Positions 12,685-23,515 are shown, counted from the first letter of the stretch. The stretch: DNA of 64,000 bases from Candidatus Arsenophonus melophagi (GCA_032378655.1 JAVYJS010000006.1:13685-77684); one strand, 5' to 3'. Translations and numbers: made by a program. The notes: a model not told the origin generated them from the sequence alone.

Positions 12685-12704
12685 TTCACCTTAATTAAGG
12701 TGAA
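12685..12704. repeat. Perfect 20-nt palindrome, 2 nt after the previous one
   Basis: ttcaccttaattaaggtgaa. Confidence 0.93.
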
Positions 12705-12841
12705 CAACAGTACACAACCTTTCATATCATTTTATCATTAATCGGTTATATCATGTTATGGTTGGAATATTGTAGGCCTAACTGTTAACAATAGTTATTG
12801 TTGAACAACTTGCTAAGTAAAGCAAGTATCCAAATTAAGCC

Positions 12842-12872
12842 AGTGCAGTGTTGCAGTGCAATGTTGGAGTGC
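12842..12872. repeat. Short tandem repeat, 13-nt unit, about 2.4 copies, 2 mismatches
   Basis: agtgcagtgttgc / agtgcaatgttgg / agtgc. Confidence 0.8.
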
Positions 12873-12894
12873 TTATTCGATTAATCACCTTTAG

Positions 12895-12929
12895 ATTTAT
12901 TTACGCTAAATAAGTTAGCGTAAATAAAT
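12895..12929. repeat. Perfect hairpin, 15-bp stem, 5-nt loop
   Basis: atttatttacgctaa-ataag-ttagcgtaaataaat. Confidence 0.93.
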
Positions 12930-12953
12930 ATTGTACTATTCCTGCGAGCATTC

Positions 12954-13009
12954 TGAATGCAATGCATTAGTCTTATTTCTAAATAAATAAGACTAATGCA
13001 TTGCATTCA
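12954..13009. repeat. Perfect hairpin, 25-bp stem, 6-nt loop
   Basis: Arms are tgaatgcaatgcattagtcttattt (12954-12978) and aaataagactaatgcattgcattca (12985-13009). Confidence 0.95.
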
Positions 13010-13025
13010 AACATTGTATGAAATG

Positions 13026-13053
13026 TATAGTGTTCTTGTGAAAGAACACTATA
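13026..13053 (-). terminator. Hairpin overlapping the pykF stop codon; candidate pykF terminator
   Basis: tatagtgttctt-gtga-aagaacactata forms a 12-bp perfect stem. The pykF stop (cta at 13049-13051) lies in the right arm. No strong U-tract follows. Confidence 0.4.
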
Positions 13054-14461
13054 AAATATGAACAGACAAAGTATTTGTCGTACCACTGGGTACCAATGCA
13101 CCTGAAACCATAATTAAGATGTCACCTTTTTCAGCAATATTGTTTTCTAAAGTCACTTGTTTACTAATACGATAGAAATTATCTGTAGAGTCAATTTCTG
13201 TAACTAAGTGTGGAATAACACCTTTCACTAACAATAATTGGCGAGCAGTTTCTTCATTGGTTGTTAATGCAAGGATCGGGGCTTTTGGAAAATATTTACG
13301 TACTGATTTTGCTGACTTACCTCCATAAGTTGCTACAATAATCAATGGAGAGTGTAATTTTTCAGCCATTTCAACTGCACCACGGCAAACCGCTTCAGTA
13401 ATACGTAATTTTTGATTGGTTATGCTATCATGAATGCGACTTGGCATAACCTGATCAGTGCGCGCACAAATAGTAGCCATAATTTTGACGGCTTCGATCG
13501 GATATTTTCCTTTTGCGCTTTCTCCAGATAGCATAACTGCATCTGTGCCATCTAAGATTGCATTGGCTACATCACCAGCTTCTGCACGTGTTGGACGAGG
13601 GTTTTTAATCATTGAATCCAACATTTGGGTAGCAGTAATAACTATTTTACGAGCAGAAACACATTTTTCAATCATCATTTTTTGGGCAAAAATAACTTCT
13701 TCAACAGGGATTTCTACACCAAGATCACCGCGTGCTACCATGATTCCATCAGAGGCTTCTAAAATTTCATCAAAATTGTTTAACCCTTCTTGATTTTCAA
13801 TTTTAGATATAATTTGAATATTTTTACCGCCGTGCTTGGCTAGTTGATCACGTATTTCTTCTACATCAGTGCTTTTACGAATAAAAGAGGCAGCAATAAA
13901 ATCAATGCCTTGATGACAACCAAAAATAAGATCTTGTTTATCTTTTTCTGCAAGTGCTGGCAAACTAATGGATACACCAGGCAAATTAATACTCTTATTT
14001 TCACCTAAATCGCCATTATTGAGTACTTTACAAAAGATATCACTAGCTGTAATCGATAAAACTTCCATACCGATTAATCCATCATCAACTAGAATTGTAT
14101 TCCCTGGATGCAGATCACCCGGTAAACCAGAGTAGGTTATAGCGACACGATCTTTATTGCCAATTACTGAGATATCAGTAGTAAAAGTAAAATTTTGTCC
14201 AGCAATTAATGCTACATCCTTGCTTTCAGCAAGCCGCATTGTTCGGATCTCTGGACCTTTGGTATCTAATAATATAGCGGCTTGCTGTTTGTGTTGACTG
14301 CAAACAGCACGAAGATTTTTAATGCGATAACTATGTTCTTTATGATCACCATGAGAAAAATTTAATCTCATAACATTCATTCCAGCACTTAGCAATTGTG
14401 ATAGCTTCTCTTTAGATTCCGTTTTTGGACCGATAGTACAAACAATTTTAGTTTTTTTCAT
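13049..14461 (-). CDS. pykF: Pyruvate kinase I
   Basis: 470 aa, the same length as E. coli PykF. It is near-identical in blocks: [75 protein letters not shown] and [12 protein letters not shown]. Confidence 0.97.
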   Translation of the reverse strand: MKKTKIVCTIGPKTESKEKLSQLLSAGMNVMRLNFSHGDHKEHSYRIKNLRAVCSQHKQQAAILLDTKGPEIRTMRLAESKDVALIAGQNFTFTTDISVIGNKDRVAITYSGLPGDLHPGNTILVDDGLIGMEVLSITASDIFCKVLNNGDLGENKSINLPGVSISLPALAEKDKQDLIFGCHQGIDFIAASFIRKSTDVEEIRDQLAKHGGKNIQIISKIENQEGLNNFDEILEASDGIMVARGDLGVEIPVEEVIFAQKMMIEKCVSARKIVITATQMLDSMIKNPRPTRAEAGDVANAILDGTDAVMLSGESAKGKYPIEAVKIMATICARTDQVMPSRIHDSITNQKLRITEAVCRGAVEMAEKLHSPLIIVATYGGKSAKSVRKYFPKAPILALTTNEETARQLLLVKGVIPHLVTEIDSTDNFYRISKQVTLENNIAEKGDILIMVSGALVPSGTTNTLSVHIL

Positions 14462-14655
14462 GAAAAAATTAATCTATAGCAGAATATTATGCATTAATGA
14501 CGGTATTATATTAACTTTTATTTCGATTCAAGTAATGATACGCTGTAATAAATAGTCCAATTTACTAGCATTTTAAAAATGAAGCAAGCAAAATTAAGTA
14601 TAAATATCATACTTGATTGTGATAATTGATAAAATTAGTTCTTGATTTACTAAGA

Positions 14656-14682
14656 TTGTTATTAATGATACATTAATAACAA
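14656..14682. repeat. Perfect hairpin, 12-bp stem, 3-nt loop
   Basis: ttgttattaatg-ata-cattaataacaa. Confidence 0.88.
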
Positions 14683-14732
14683 CTATGCGTCATTAATATC
14701 ACGCTTTTCTATAAACAGAAAAGTAATATACT

Positions 14733-14760
14733 TATATATTACTAATATTAGTAATATATA
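14733..14760. repeat. Perfect 28-nt palindrome
   Basis: tatatattactaat|attagtaatatata, 272 bp upstream of the pykF start. Confidence 0.92.
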
Positions 14761-14964
14761 CTAATAAGTAACGATCTTTGTAAATTTTATTGGAAATGAC
14801 AAAATTAGACTTTAAGGATTCATTTCAGCATAGTAAAGTACTATGTCAAGTATGATTTTATGTTTTCAAAATGTCTGTATAATCGCCTGTACAGGTAATA
14901 TCACCGTATCAATCTTATCGAAGGTAAGATTGACGGCAACTGATCATACAATGATTTTTAGAGC

Positions 14965-15007
14965 ATACCATTATTTTTTTAAAATCATTAAAATAAAATA
15001 ATGGTAT
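14965..15007. repeat. Perfect inverted repeat, 13-bp arms, 17-nt loop
   Basis: Arms are ataccattatttt and aaaataatggtat. Confidence 0.85.
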
Positions 15008-15320
15008 TACACACTGGCTGCCATATACTCGACTAAAGAAATTATTACCATAATCGCAATACATTGAACTATGATTAGTATAGTGGATAGGCTTAATGTA
15101 TAAATAGCGAGTATCTCATGTAACTTTAGATCTATTAAGTAATTTTACAATGATTAGTCAGCATATAAAACAATGAGCACATAATAAATTCCTCAGTGAA
15201 TGCAGACGATAAACTTTTGAAGTTTATCTCAGTAAAACTGGTTTATTCAATGTTAAAATCATGGGGTAGTTTATAAAGACTCAACAAAAAATTTTTTATA
15301 ATTTTAAAGATAATAATTTA

Positions 15321-15899
15321 TTATAATAAATTCTGTTCGACGAATTTCCAGTTAACAAGCCCCCAAAAATTTTTTAAATATTCTGCTCGAACATTACGAT
15401 AATCAATATAGTATGCATGCTCCCACATATCTACAGTCAGCAATGGCTTATCATCACCGTTAATTGGCGTTTCTGCATTTGATGTATTAATAATAGAAAG
15501 TTGTTCAGTTGGCTGCTTTACCAACCATGTCCAGCCTGAACCAAAACTTTTACTTGCTGTATCAGTAAACTGCTTCTTGAATGTTTCAAAACTCTGAAAA
15601 TATTTATTAATTTCCTTAGCTATTTTACCTGTTGGCTCACCGCCAGAATTAGGTGCTAGACAATTCCAATAAAAGGTATGATTCCATACTTGAGCAGCAT
15701 TGTTAAAAATCAATCCTTGCGTCGTTTTTATAATTTCTTCTAATGTTTTTTCTTCAAAGTTAGTATCTTTAATTAGATTATTCAGATTATTAACATAAGC
15801 ACTATGATGTTTACCATAGTGGTACTCTAGTGTTTCTTCAGAAAGAAACGGCTCTAAAGCATTTTTAGCATAAGGTAACAATGGTAATTGGAAAGACAT
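15321..15899 (-). CDS. sodB: Superoxide dismutase [Fe]
   Basis: MSFQLPLLPYAKNALEP, EYHYGKHH, FNNAAQVWNHTFYWNCLAPN.GGEPTG and DMWEHAYYIDYRN track E. coli SodB closely. 192 aa. Confidence 0.96.
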   Translation of the reverse strand: MSFQLPLLPYAKNALEPFLSEETLEYHYGKHHSAYVNNLNNLIKDTNFEEKTLEEIIKTTQGLIFNNAAQVWNHTFYWNCLAPNSGGEPTGKIAKEINKYFQSFETFKKQFTDTASKSFGSGWTWLVKQPTEQLSIINTSNAETPINGDDKPLLTVDMWEHAYYIDYRNVRAEYLKNFWGLVNWKFVEQNLL

Positions 15900-16144
15900 T
15901 GCACAGACTCCTTGTTAATTTGCGTTATGCAAGCTGTTTAATAAACAAAATATAACCGTATTGTAATTAACCTTTTCCTATAGATCACTTACTAGTTATA
16001 ATGAACTCATTTTATAAAATGATATTCATACATACTAATGATAGCAGGAAAAGATTGTCAAGTATTGATATAAAATGGTATTTTCCAAATGTTAAATACG
16101 TGTAGTGCAAAATACTAAATTTACTTTCATGTAAGGAAGGAACA

Positions 16145-16498
16145 ATGACGACAATAGAAAAAATTGAACATCAGATAAACAAAAATCCTATTTTGTTGTA
16201 TATGAAAGGCTCCCCTAAATTTCCAAGTTGTGGTTTTTCAGCTCAGGCAGTTCAAGCTCTTTCTGCTTGTGGTGAACGTTTTGCTTATGTAGATATTTTA
16301 AAAAATCCAGATATTCGCAGCGAGTTACCTAAATATGCAAACTGGCCAACATTTCCTCAATTATGGATTGATGGCGAACTCATTGGAGGTTGTGATATTA
16401 TTATGGAAATATATCGGAATGGTGAATTGCAGAAATTAGTCGCTACAATTGCCGATAAATATCGTTCTTCAGAGCAGAAGAACAAGAATAATGAATAA
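16145..16498 (+). CDS. grxD: Monothiol glutaredoxin Grx4
   Basis: The CGFS active site occurs in LYMKGSPKFPSCGFSAQAVQAL. ANWPTFPQLWIDGELIGGCDI is also present. 117 aa. Confidence 0.96.
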   Translation: MTTIEKIEHQINKNPILLYMKGSPKFPSCGFSAQAVQALSACGERFAYVDILKNPDIRSELPKYANWPTFPQLWIDGELIGGCDIIMEIYRNGELQKLVATIADKYRSSEQKNKNNE

Positions 16499-16550
16499 TA
16501 TCCATAAAATAATTATCAGGAAGTAAATTATATATTAGCACTGTCTGAGA

Positions 16551-17195
16551 TTATTGATTAGTTTTTAAAGGCCATCCGCCTAGTTTTTTCCATTTATTAA
16601 CAATCTTACAAAATAATAATGCTGTTCTTTCAGTATCATAAAGAGCGCCATGTGCCTGTTTGCCGTCAAATGGGATTCCTGCTGTATAACAAGCTTTAGC
16701 TAAAATTGTTTGTCCAAAAACTAGTCCACTGAGTGCTGCAGTATCAAAAGTAGTAAAAGGATGAAACGGATTATGTTTTAGATGTGCTCGTTTGGCAGCG
16801 GCCATTATAAAACTATGATCAAAATTGGCATTGTGAGCAACCATAATTGCCCGATTGCAATTATTATTTTTCATACCTCTTCTAATTAGTTGAAAGATGG
16901 TAAGTAAGGCACTATATTCATCAATAGTCTTACGTAAAGGATTACTTAGATCAATACCAGTAAAAGCAAGAGCAGTTGTTTCTATATTTGCACCGGAAAA
17001 AGGCGTGATATGGAAATTATGTTTTGCATCAATCTCTAACCAACCTTCTTGATCCATTTTTAATGTTATCGTCGCTATTTCTAATAGCGCATCTTGCTGT
17101 GCATTAAATCCACCGGTTTCTACATCTATCACAACAGGATAGTAACCTCGAAAACGCTTTGCCAACGTATTAGCATCATTTTTTTTATTAGACAT
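16551..17195 (-). CDS. rnt: Ribonuclease T
   Basis: The DEDDh exonuclease motifs are [27 protein letters not shown] and [14 protein letters not shown]. 214 aa versus 215 in E. coli. Confidence 0.95.
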   Translation of the reverse strand: MSNKKNDANTLAKRFRGYYPVVIDVETGGFNAQQDALLEIATITLKMDQEGWLEIDAKHNFHITPFSGANIETTALAFTGIDLSNPLRKTIDEYSALLTIFQLIRRGMKNNNCNRAIMVAHNANFDHSFIMAAAKRAHLKHNPFHPFTTFDTAALSGLVFGQTILAKACYTAGIPFDGKQAHGALYDTERTALLFCKIVNKWKKLGGWPLKTNQ

Positions 17196-17300
17196 TTATT
17201 TAAGTTGTTTACTTAGTAAAAGATATGAAGATTTTACGTTAAATTTTAGATAAAATGCATTGCATTGGCTGCAATATAGAAAAGGTGTAGATATTTTTAA

Positions 17301-17355
17301 ATTAAAACTAAAAACTCTTCTATCTCAAGAAGATAGAAGAGTTTTTAGTTTTAAT
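17301..17355. repeat. Perfect hairpin, 25-bp stem, 5-nt loop
   Basis: Arms are attaaaactaaaaactcttctatct (17301-17325) and agatagaagagtttttagttttaat (17331-17355). It lies 106 bp upstream of the rnt start. Confidence 0.95.
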
Positions 17356-17741
17356 GCTGTCTATTATATAGAATATAGATCTTTTACGTGCAATTTTCAT
17401 TGCAAGAAACTTCTAATAAAGGTTGCAAACCTAACTGCATTATTGAATGCCTGAATATACTATTAAATGTATCTACAATACTTTTAACTTTAGTTAAAGT
17501 ACCTAAAAGGCGTTTTCATTGCGTTATATTTAACAAAATATTATGAGTTCATGATACAATACATATTTTAGAATTTTAATTCTGTATAAAATTTATACTG
17601 TCATCGTAAAAGTAAAGTAAACACTAAAGAAAACACTTAAAATAGTATGAAGTAGGTACTAATAAGCTGTTTATATGTTAAACAGCATCTGTCTATAACA
17701 CAAATAAATAAAATGTTCACTTTACTATTATTTTCTTTCAG

Positions 17742-17777
17742 ACAATTTATGGTTAATTAATATTAACCATAAATTGT
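17742..17777. repeat. Perfect hairpin, 16-bp stem, 4-nt loop
   Basis: acaatttatggttaat-taat-attaaccataaattgt. Confidence 0.93.
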
Positions 17778-17975
17778 GTGTGTTTTAATGTTTAGTATTA
17801 TTGAGTAATAATCTCTTTATATTAACTGTATAAGTTTTTATTTATTTAACTTTATTGCTTATATCAATAGTATTGTACCGTACAATTGCCATGATATTCT
17901 AAATTTAGAAAACATCTTTTAAAAAAATCACTCATTATTCATTAGCTTTATTTACACTCAGTCATTGTGTAACTT

Positions 17976-18019
17976 GATTATTTTATATTTCATATTTATA
18001 TATGAAATATAAAATAATC
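17976..18019. repeat. Perfect hairpin, 20-bp stem, 4-nt loop
   Basis: gattattttatatttcatat-ttat-atatgaaatataaaataatc. Confidence 0.93.
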
Positions 18020-18997
18020 TATAAAATTTAACTTAATAAATACTTGTAATAAAATTTTATAAATAAGTGAATGTACTAACAATATAATATAAATTTATAT
18101 GTATCACTGCTTACTAAGCAAGTATATATTAGTACATGGAAATGGATTTATATTTATGGGTTATTACTTATAATATCATAAGTAACGTTCTGATCTTTCG
18201 TACCTCAATCATGTCTAATTGACATTACCTAAAACAAATTTAGTAACATAAAATAGTATACTTATTATATAGGTTAATGATTTTAGTTAAAAAAACAAAA
18301 TAGGCTTCATTATGCATGACACCTAATGAGTTAGGTGAACTGAATATTATGAATAAAAGGATTACTATAATCCTAATAAATAGTATTTGTAAATACTTTA
18401 ATACCGTAGCTGCTAATGATTTAAATTTATCTGATATTGACTATTGGAGTTATATTAACGAGGAGAAGTCGTAACATTATGTCTGTTGCTCCTAATAGAT
18501 GCATATACTTAACTATGACAGTTACATGTTTTTCAATATGAAAAAATTATTTATATCCAACCTAATTTCCAACTAAAACATTTTGATTTGTTGAGTAGTA
18601 CTAAACATGGTATCAGTAATGTACGCTTAAATTGTAGCTATAATTTTAAGAAAATTTTCTTCTTACTCATAAAATATATCATCCAATAATTAACTAAGAA
18701 TTGTGTTGATCTAATGCGCTAATTAACTGTAATATACGATTGTACTTTGTATGTATTTATCTTGTTTAGTAGTATAAACTTGCTCAAAATAGACTGCCTG
18801 TATTTATACAGGCAGTTAAATCTACCATGGTAACAATACCACCAAAATCTACTTTAAATGAAGATTGCTTTTCAAAGCTCATACACAATATAAAAAAATA
18901 ATTCTGAATATACATGAAATCGTCATTGATTTTTATCATGATCACTGAATATTTGAAGTAATAGCAACATTCATTTAATTTTTAAAAATCTAATATA

Positions 18998-19051
18998 GAG
19001 TACAATCATACTAATATGAGCTTTTAAGCTCATATTAGTATGATTGTACTC
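18998..19051. repeat. Perfect inverted repeat, 26-bp arms, 2-nt centre
   Basis: Arms are gagtacaatcatactaatatgagctt and aagctcatattagtatgattgtactc. Confidence 0.95.
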
Positions 19052-19410
19052 GGCTAAATAAAATAAAAAAAATATGATAGTTATGATGGTAAGTATATTG
19101 GATGACTAAAGTAATAATTATTGGAAAATCCTGATAACCAGGCATCACCTAGATGTGATGTTAGATACAAGCTTAATGGAAGTAATATTTTTATTTAAAA
19201 TTGATAAATTTAATCTAACAAAATATGGTTTTTTATTTTTCTCTCTTAGAGCTTAAGAAATAAAAGTTAGCTCATGATTATTTTAATTAAATTTGATACC
19301 TATGTTTTATAGTCAGTTACTGATTATCCCTTGCATATTAAGTAAAAAGTGATGATCAAAAATACTACTTATATGCTACTAAAATTAAGAATCTATTGAA
19401 TAGTAACTAT

Positions 19411-19428
19411 TATTCTCTATAGAGAATA
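19411..19428. repeat. Perfect 18-nt palindrome
   Basis: tattctcta|tagagaata. Confidence 0.85.
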
Positions 19429-19755
19429 CCTTCTTCGATTTTATTGAAGACCTATTTGGTATCAGCTGAGTACCTAAATAACTTGTTCTATGAAATTAGA
19501 CAATAAAAATAGAATTTTGCATTAATTAAATATCATTATAGTAGGATATGTTGAGCATAAAAATATGACATATACTAAATGGTGTTGCTGTACGAAAATT
19601 ATTGTGATGATATCAGTATGATATAAGTTAATGAGTCTATGAAACTTAACGCTATCTGTACCTATAGTGTAAGTAGCCAGTACTTAAGAAGTACTGTATT
19701 AAAATTATCGCAACAAGACATAAAGGAGATGTAAGTACAATTAACGATCCATTAA

Positions 19756-19802
19756 AATCATTGATCCACCTCTACTCTACGAGTAGAGGTGGATCAATGA
19801 TT
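19756..19802. repeat. Perfect hairpin, 22-bp stem, 3-nt loop, relatively GC-rich
   Basis: aatcattgatccacctctactc-tac-gagtagaggtggatcaatgatt. Confidence 0.95.
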
Positions 19803-20049
19803 AACTTCTAGTGAAAGCCTAGAGTAACTATTTTATGAAAAATTCACGCAAATAGTTATGACAAACTCTTCTTAAGAAGATATTAATAAAACTTATAGTA
19901 AGATTAACAGAAATATAGCTTACATAATGATAATGTAAAATTTTTACTATATACGGATCAGCTTGTGTACTTTATCAGAATGTTTAGCTCATTGAGCTTC
20001 TATACTAGCTCCAGTAAGTAAACGGTATTATATCAAGATAGAGGTAAAA

Positions 20050-20703
20050 ATGGCAGAAAAAATGCAAATAGATGTTAATAATTTAAGACGAGAATATATA
20101 TATGGTGGTTTGAGGAAAAAAAATTTAACTAATGAGCCATTGGCTTTATTTGAACATTGGTTAAAGCAGGCTTATGAAGCAAAATTAGTCGATCCAACTG
20201 CTATGTGTCTTGCGACAGTAGATAAAAAAGGACAACCCTATCAAAGAATTGTATTACTCAAACAGTATAATAAAGATGGGCTCGTATTTTATACGAATTT
20301 ATCGAGTCGTAAGGCACAACATATTACCTTTAACAATCAGGTCAGTTTGCTATTTCTATGGAATCAACTAGATCGACAGGTTTGTTTTTTAGGCACAGCG
20401 GAAAAACTTTCTTCACTTGAGGTAATAAAATATTTTTATAGTCGTCCAAAAGATAGTCAAATTGCAGCATTGGCTTCACGACAATCTGAAAAAATTTCTA
20501 CTAGAAGTCTATTAGAAAATAACTTTTTTGCATTAAAACAAAAGTTTAAAAATTATAACATTCCTTTACCTACTTTCTGGGGAGGTTATCGTGTCAAATT
20601 TTATAGTGTTGAATTTTGGCAAGGTGGTACGCAACGGCTACATGATCGTTTTTTATATCAATGGCAATATGATCATTGGCAAATTGATCGCTTAGCGCCT
20701 TAA
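20050..20703 (+). CDS. pdxH: Pyridoxamine/pyridoxine 5'-phosphate oxidase
   Basis: 217 aa. It has [28 protein letters not shown], the C-terminal EFWQGG..RLHDRF.Y motif and ends ...RLAP. Confidence 0.95.
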   Translation: MAEKMQIDVNNLRREYIYGGLRKKNLTNEPLALFEHWLKQAYEAKLVDPTAMCLATVDKKGQPYQRIVLLKQYNKDGLVFYTNLSSRKAQHITFNNQVSLLFLWNQLDRQVCFLGTAEKLSSLEVIKYFYSRPKDSQIAALASRQSEKISTRSLLENNFFALKQKFKNYNIPLPTFWGGYRVKFYSVEFWQGGTQRLHDRFLYQWQYDHWQIDRLAP

Positions 20704-20819
20704 ATAAAAAAATAGTTTTTCACTGGGATTGAATGTGCTGATAGTTTTATTCTATGGACGCCCATTTGTATAAGATTTCATCTATAAAATTGATTCAATA
20801 ATCATTGATGGAGTTATAT

Positions 20820-22094
20820 ATGGTTAGCAAGAACCTAATTAAACAATTGCAAGAGCGAGAGTTAATTTTTCATCTAACGGATGAAAAAACATTAATAGAA
20901 AAACTATCCAAGGGATCAATAACACTCTATTGTGGATTTGATCCAACTTCTGATAGCCTACACTTAGGGCATTTAGTTCTTTTACTATGTTTAAAGCGCT
21001 TTCAGAAAGCAGGGCATCAATCGCTAGCTTTATTAGGCGGAGCAACAGGTTTAATTGGGGATCCAAGCTTTCAAGCTAATGAACGTAAATTAAATACAAA
21101 TGAAGTAGTACAAAAATGGACTGAAAAAATTCGTAAACAGATTGCATTATTTCTAGATTTTGATTGTGGTAAAAATAGCGTAAAAATTATTAATAATTAT
21201 GAGTGGTTTAAAAAAATGGATGTTCTAACCTTTTTGCGTGATATTGGCAAGCATTTTTCTGTTAATCAAATGATAAATAAAGCAGCGGTTAAACAGCGCC
21301 TTAAACGTGATGATACTGGCATCTCTTTTACTGAATTTTCTTATAATTTATTGCAATCTTATGATTTTGCTAACCTTTGCCATCAATATAATGTTGAATT
21401 ACAAATAGGAGGCTCTGATCAATGGGGAAATATTACTGCAGGTATTGATCTCACTCGTCGTTTATATCAAAAAAAAGTTTTTGGCTTAACGGTACCACTA
21501 ATTACTAAATCTGATGGTACTAAATTTGGTAAGACAGAATCTGGGACAGTTTGGTTAGATCCACACAAAACAAGTCCATATAAATTTTATCAATTCTGGG
21601 TGAATACGGCTGATGTGGATGTTTATCGTTTTCTCAAATTTTTTACCTTTATGTCGGTTAAAAAAATTAAAGCTTTACAAGAAGAAGACAAACGTAGTGA
21701 TCAAGCACCCCGTGCACAGTATATTTTAGCGGAAAAGGTCACTAAGTTAGTGCATGGTGATCAGGGATTGCATGCTGCTAAACGGATTACAGAAAGCCTA
21801 TTTTCTGATAAAATTGCGGCATTGACCGCAGCAGATTTTGCTCAGTTAGCACAAGATGGTATGCCAATGATTAAATTAAATATTGGTGCAGATTTACAGC
21901 AGGCTTTAGTTGAAACAAAATTAGTTCCTTCACGAGGTCAGGCAAGAACACTGATCTGTTCACAAGCGATAGCAATTAATGGCAAGAAATGTATTAAGCC
22001 TGAATATATCTTTAGTGATAACGATCGCCTATTTGGTAGCTATTCTTTAATCAAACGTGGTAAAAAAAATTACTATTTAGTTCATTGGCAATGA
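20820..22094 (+). CDS. tyrS: Tyrosine--tRNA ligase
   Basis: [16 protein letters not shown] aligns with E. coli [16 protein letters not shown]. The HIGH motif is in [16 protein letters not shown] and the KMSKS-type motif is KFGKTESG. It is 424 aa from the ATG at 20820. The ORF-track start 20805 is probably too long. Confidence 0.96.
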   Translation: MVSKNLIKQLQERELIFHLTDEKTLIEKLSKGSITLYCGFDPTSDSLHLGHLVLLLCLKRFQKAGHQSLALLGGATGLIGDPSFQANERKLNTNEVVQKWTEKIRKQIALFLDFDCGKNSVKIINNYEWFKKMDVLTFLRDIGKHFSVNQMINKAAVKQRLKRDDTGISFTEFSYNLLQSYDFANLCHQYNVELQIGGSDQWGNITAGIDLTRRLYQKKVFGLTVPLITKSDGTKFGKTESGTVWLDPHKTSPYKFYQFWVNTADVDVYRFLKFFTFMSVKKIKALQEEDKRSDQAPRAQYILAEKVTKLVHGDQGLHAAKRITESLFSDKIAALTAADFAQLAQDGMPMIKLNIGADLQQALVETKLVPSRGQARTLICSQAIAINGKKCIKPEYIFSDNDRLFGSYSLIKRGKKNYYLVHWQ

Positions 22095-22165
22095 TAAATC
22101 TATCTAGTATAATTACTATAATGTAATAGTATTATCCCTTTAAAGGGAGTTATTTCAAGTTTTTC

Positions 22166-22199
22166 TAAAACACTATCTATGATCATAGATAGTGTTTTA
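22166..22199 (+). terminator. Intrinsic terminator of tyrS (34-nt perfect palindrome followed by a T-run)
   Basis: taaaacactatctatga|tcatagatagtgtttta is followed by tttttc, 72 bp after the tyrS stop. The A-run/T-run symmetry would also allow bidirectional termination. Confidence 0.6.
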
Positions 22200-22522
22200 T
22201 TTTTCTAGAATCCGAAATTTCAAAAATTTTGTTGCAAGGACGTCAGATTATATTTCTTCTTTGTAAAGAAGCAATATAATCTTGGATATTATGAGGTAAT
22301 AACCTTAATATATCCTTAATATATTCTAGGAATAATAGTAACCATCGATTACTAATATTGAGTAAGTATGAATAGAAAAAGAGATCGATTCTAAAATCAG
22401 CATAATAGCAAGCGATGAATTAAACGTCATGTTTTACTAAAAAGTAAATATTACACATCAATGTAAAGTGCTGTCATTTTAATTCATTTTATTATCAAAA
22501 AATTCCAATTCAAATTAATAGG

Positions 22523-22574
22523 ATCCTTCCTCTACACATAAACCTAAGATTAGGTTTATGTGTAGAGGAAGGAT
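22523..22574. repeat. Perfect inverted repeat, 25-bp arms, 2-nt centre
   Basis: Arms are atccttcctctacacataaacctaa and ttaggtttatgtgtagaggaaggat. There is no flanking T-run. Confidence 0.95.
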
Positions 22575-22812
22575 GATGGTAAAATGATAGATTGTCCAAG
22601 ATTAAGTATCAACCTATAGTGATAGCAATAGCACAGTATTCACTGTAGATAAATATATGCTTAAAAAATTTTCTATAAACTAGATATAGTGATAATGAAT
22701 TTTATCACTATTGTTCAGTAATTGTCTTTGTATTACTGAATATTTTGTTATGGTTAATAACCTAATCTCCAGAACATATTTATTAAGATTTTATTATAAA
22801 TGGTAGTAGTAG

Positions 22813-22868
22813 AACCATTAATTACCCTATCACTTACTTTACAGTAAGTGATAGGGTAATTAATGGTT
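22813..22868. repeat. Perfect hairpin, 26-bp stem, 4-nt loop
   Basis: aaccattaattaccctatcacttact-ttac-agtaagtgatagggtaattaatggtt. Confidence 0.95.
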
Positions 22869-23202
22869 ATTTCAATAACAAATAACATTTTTGTACTTTT
22901 AAAGTATAAATAATATATACTTCATTACTGAATGACTGAGGTAATAGAAAGAAAATTCTTTTTGATTTCTTTGATCTATACAAAGATGTGATAAATTATA
23001 ACACCTCTGTACATAGAGGTCGAAATGATATGCAAGATCGCATTGTTTCATGCGCAATGATATCATTGAAGTGATATAATTTCTTTCTTTATTGAAAGAA
23101 GCGAAAAGTTAATCTATACAAGTAAAAAAATAAGTAATTTTTATAAAAACAATTTTGTAATTTATCCTTTTTTTGCAAAAAATCTTACACTTAGTTATTT
23201 AA

Positions 23203-23243
23203 AACTCCATAAGACTTATATAAAATATAAGTCTTATGGAGTT
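23203..23243. repeat. Perfect hairpin, 19-bp stem, 3-nt loop
   Basis: aactccataagacttatat-aaa-atataagtcttatggagtt. Confidence 0.93.
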
Positions 23244-23483
23244 AATGTCTTATATGATATAAGATATATAATATATGGTTTTTAATAAAACGTCGTTTTA
23301 AGAAGTTTTATTTCTATGATGCCTCTGAATCTATGCAGAGATAATCTGATTATTGTATACTGAGTGCGATAACAAATAAAAGACTTATTCTGAGCTTATT
23401 GTAGAATAAGAATTTTCTTGTTGATGTATAAAAGTAATCACCTCCTCTTGATAAGAGGAATTTTTCAGGGTTCTGCATTTCAA

Positions 23484-23515
23484 TAAAATAGCTTGATCAT
23501 GATCAAGCTATTTTA
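23484..23515. repeat. Perfect 32-nt palindrome
   Basis: taaaatagcttgatca|tgatcaagctatttta. Confidence 0.93.

Noticed and set aside
15900-16144. Fur-box-like AT-rich sequences near sodB/grxD (taaaatgatattcatacat, 12 of 19 matches to the consensus). Also similar sequences upstream of sufA, including the inverted repeat aatgaacatattcatt at 6426-6441.
   Set aside because: This match level is expected by chance in DNA that is 75% AT, and the spacing of the 6426 inverted repeat differs from the Fur 7-1-7 core. They are not supportable without a genome-wide motif model.
17260-17454. A 64-aa intergenic ORF upstream of rnt.
   Set aside because: Its middle (KLKLKTLLSQEDRRVFSFN) is simply the translation of both arms of the 25-bp hairpin at 17301-17355. 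It has no SD and no similarity to any known protein.
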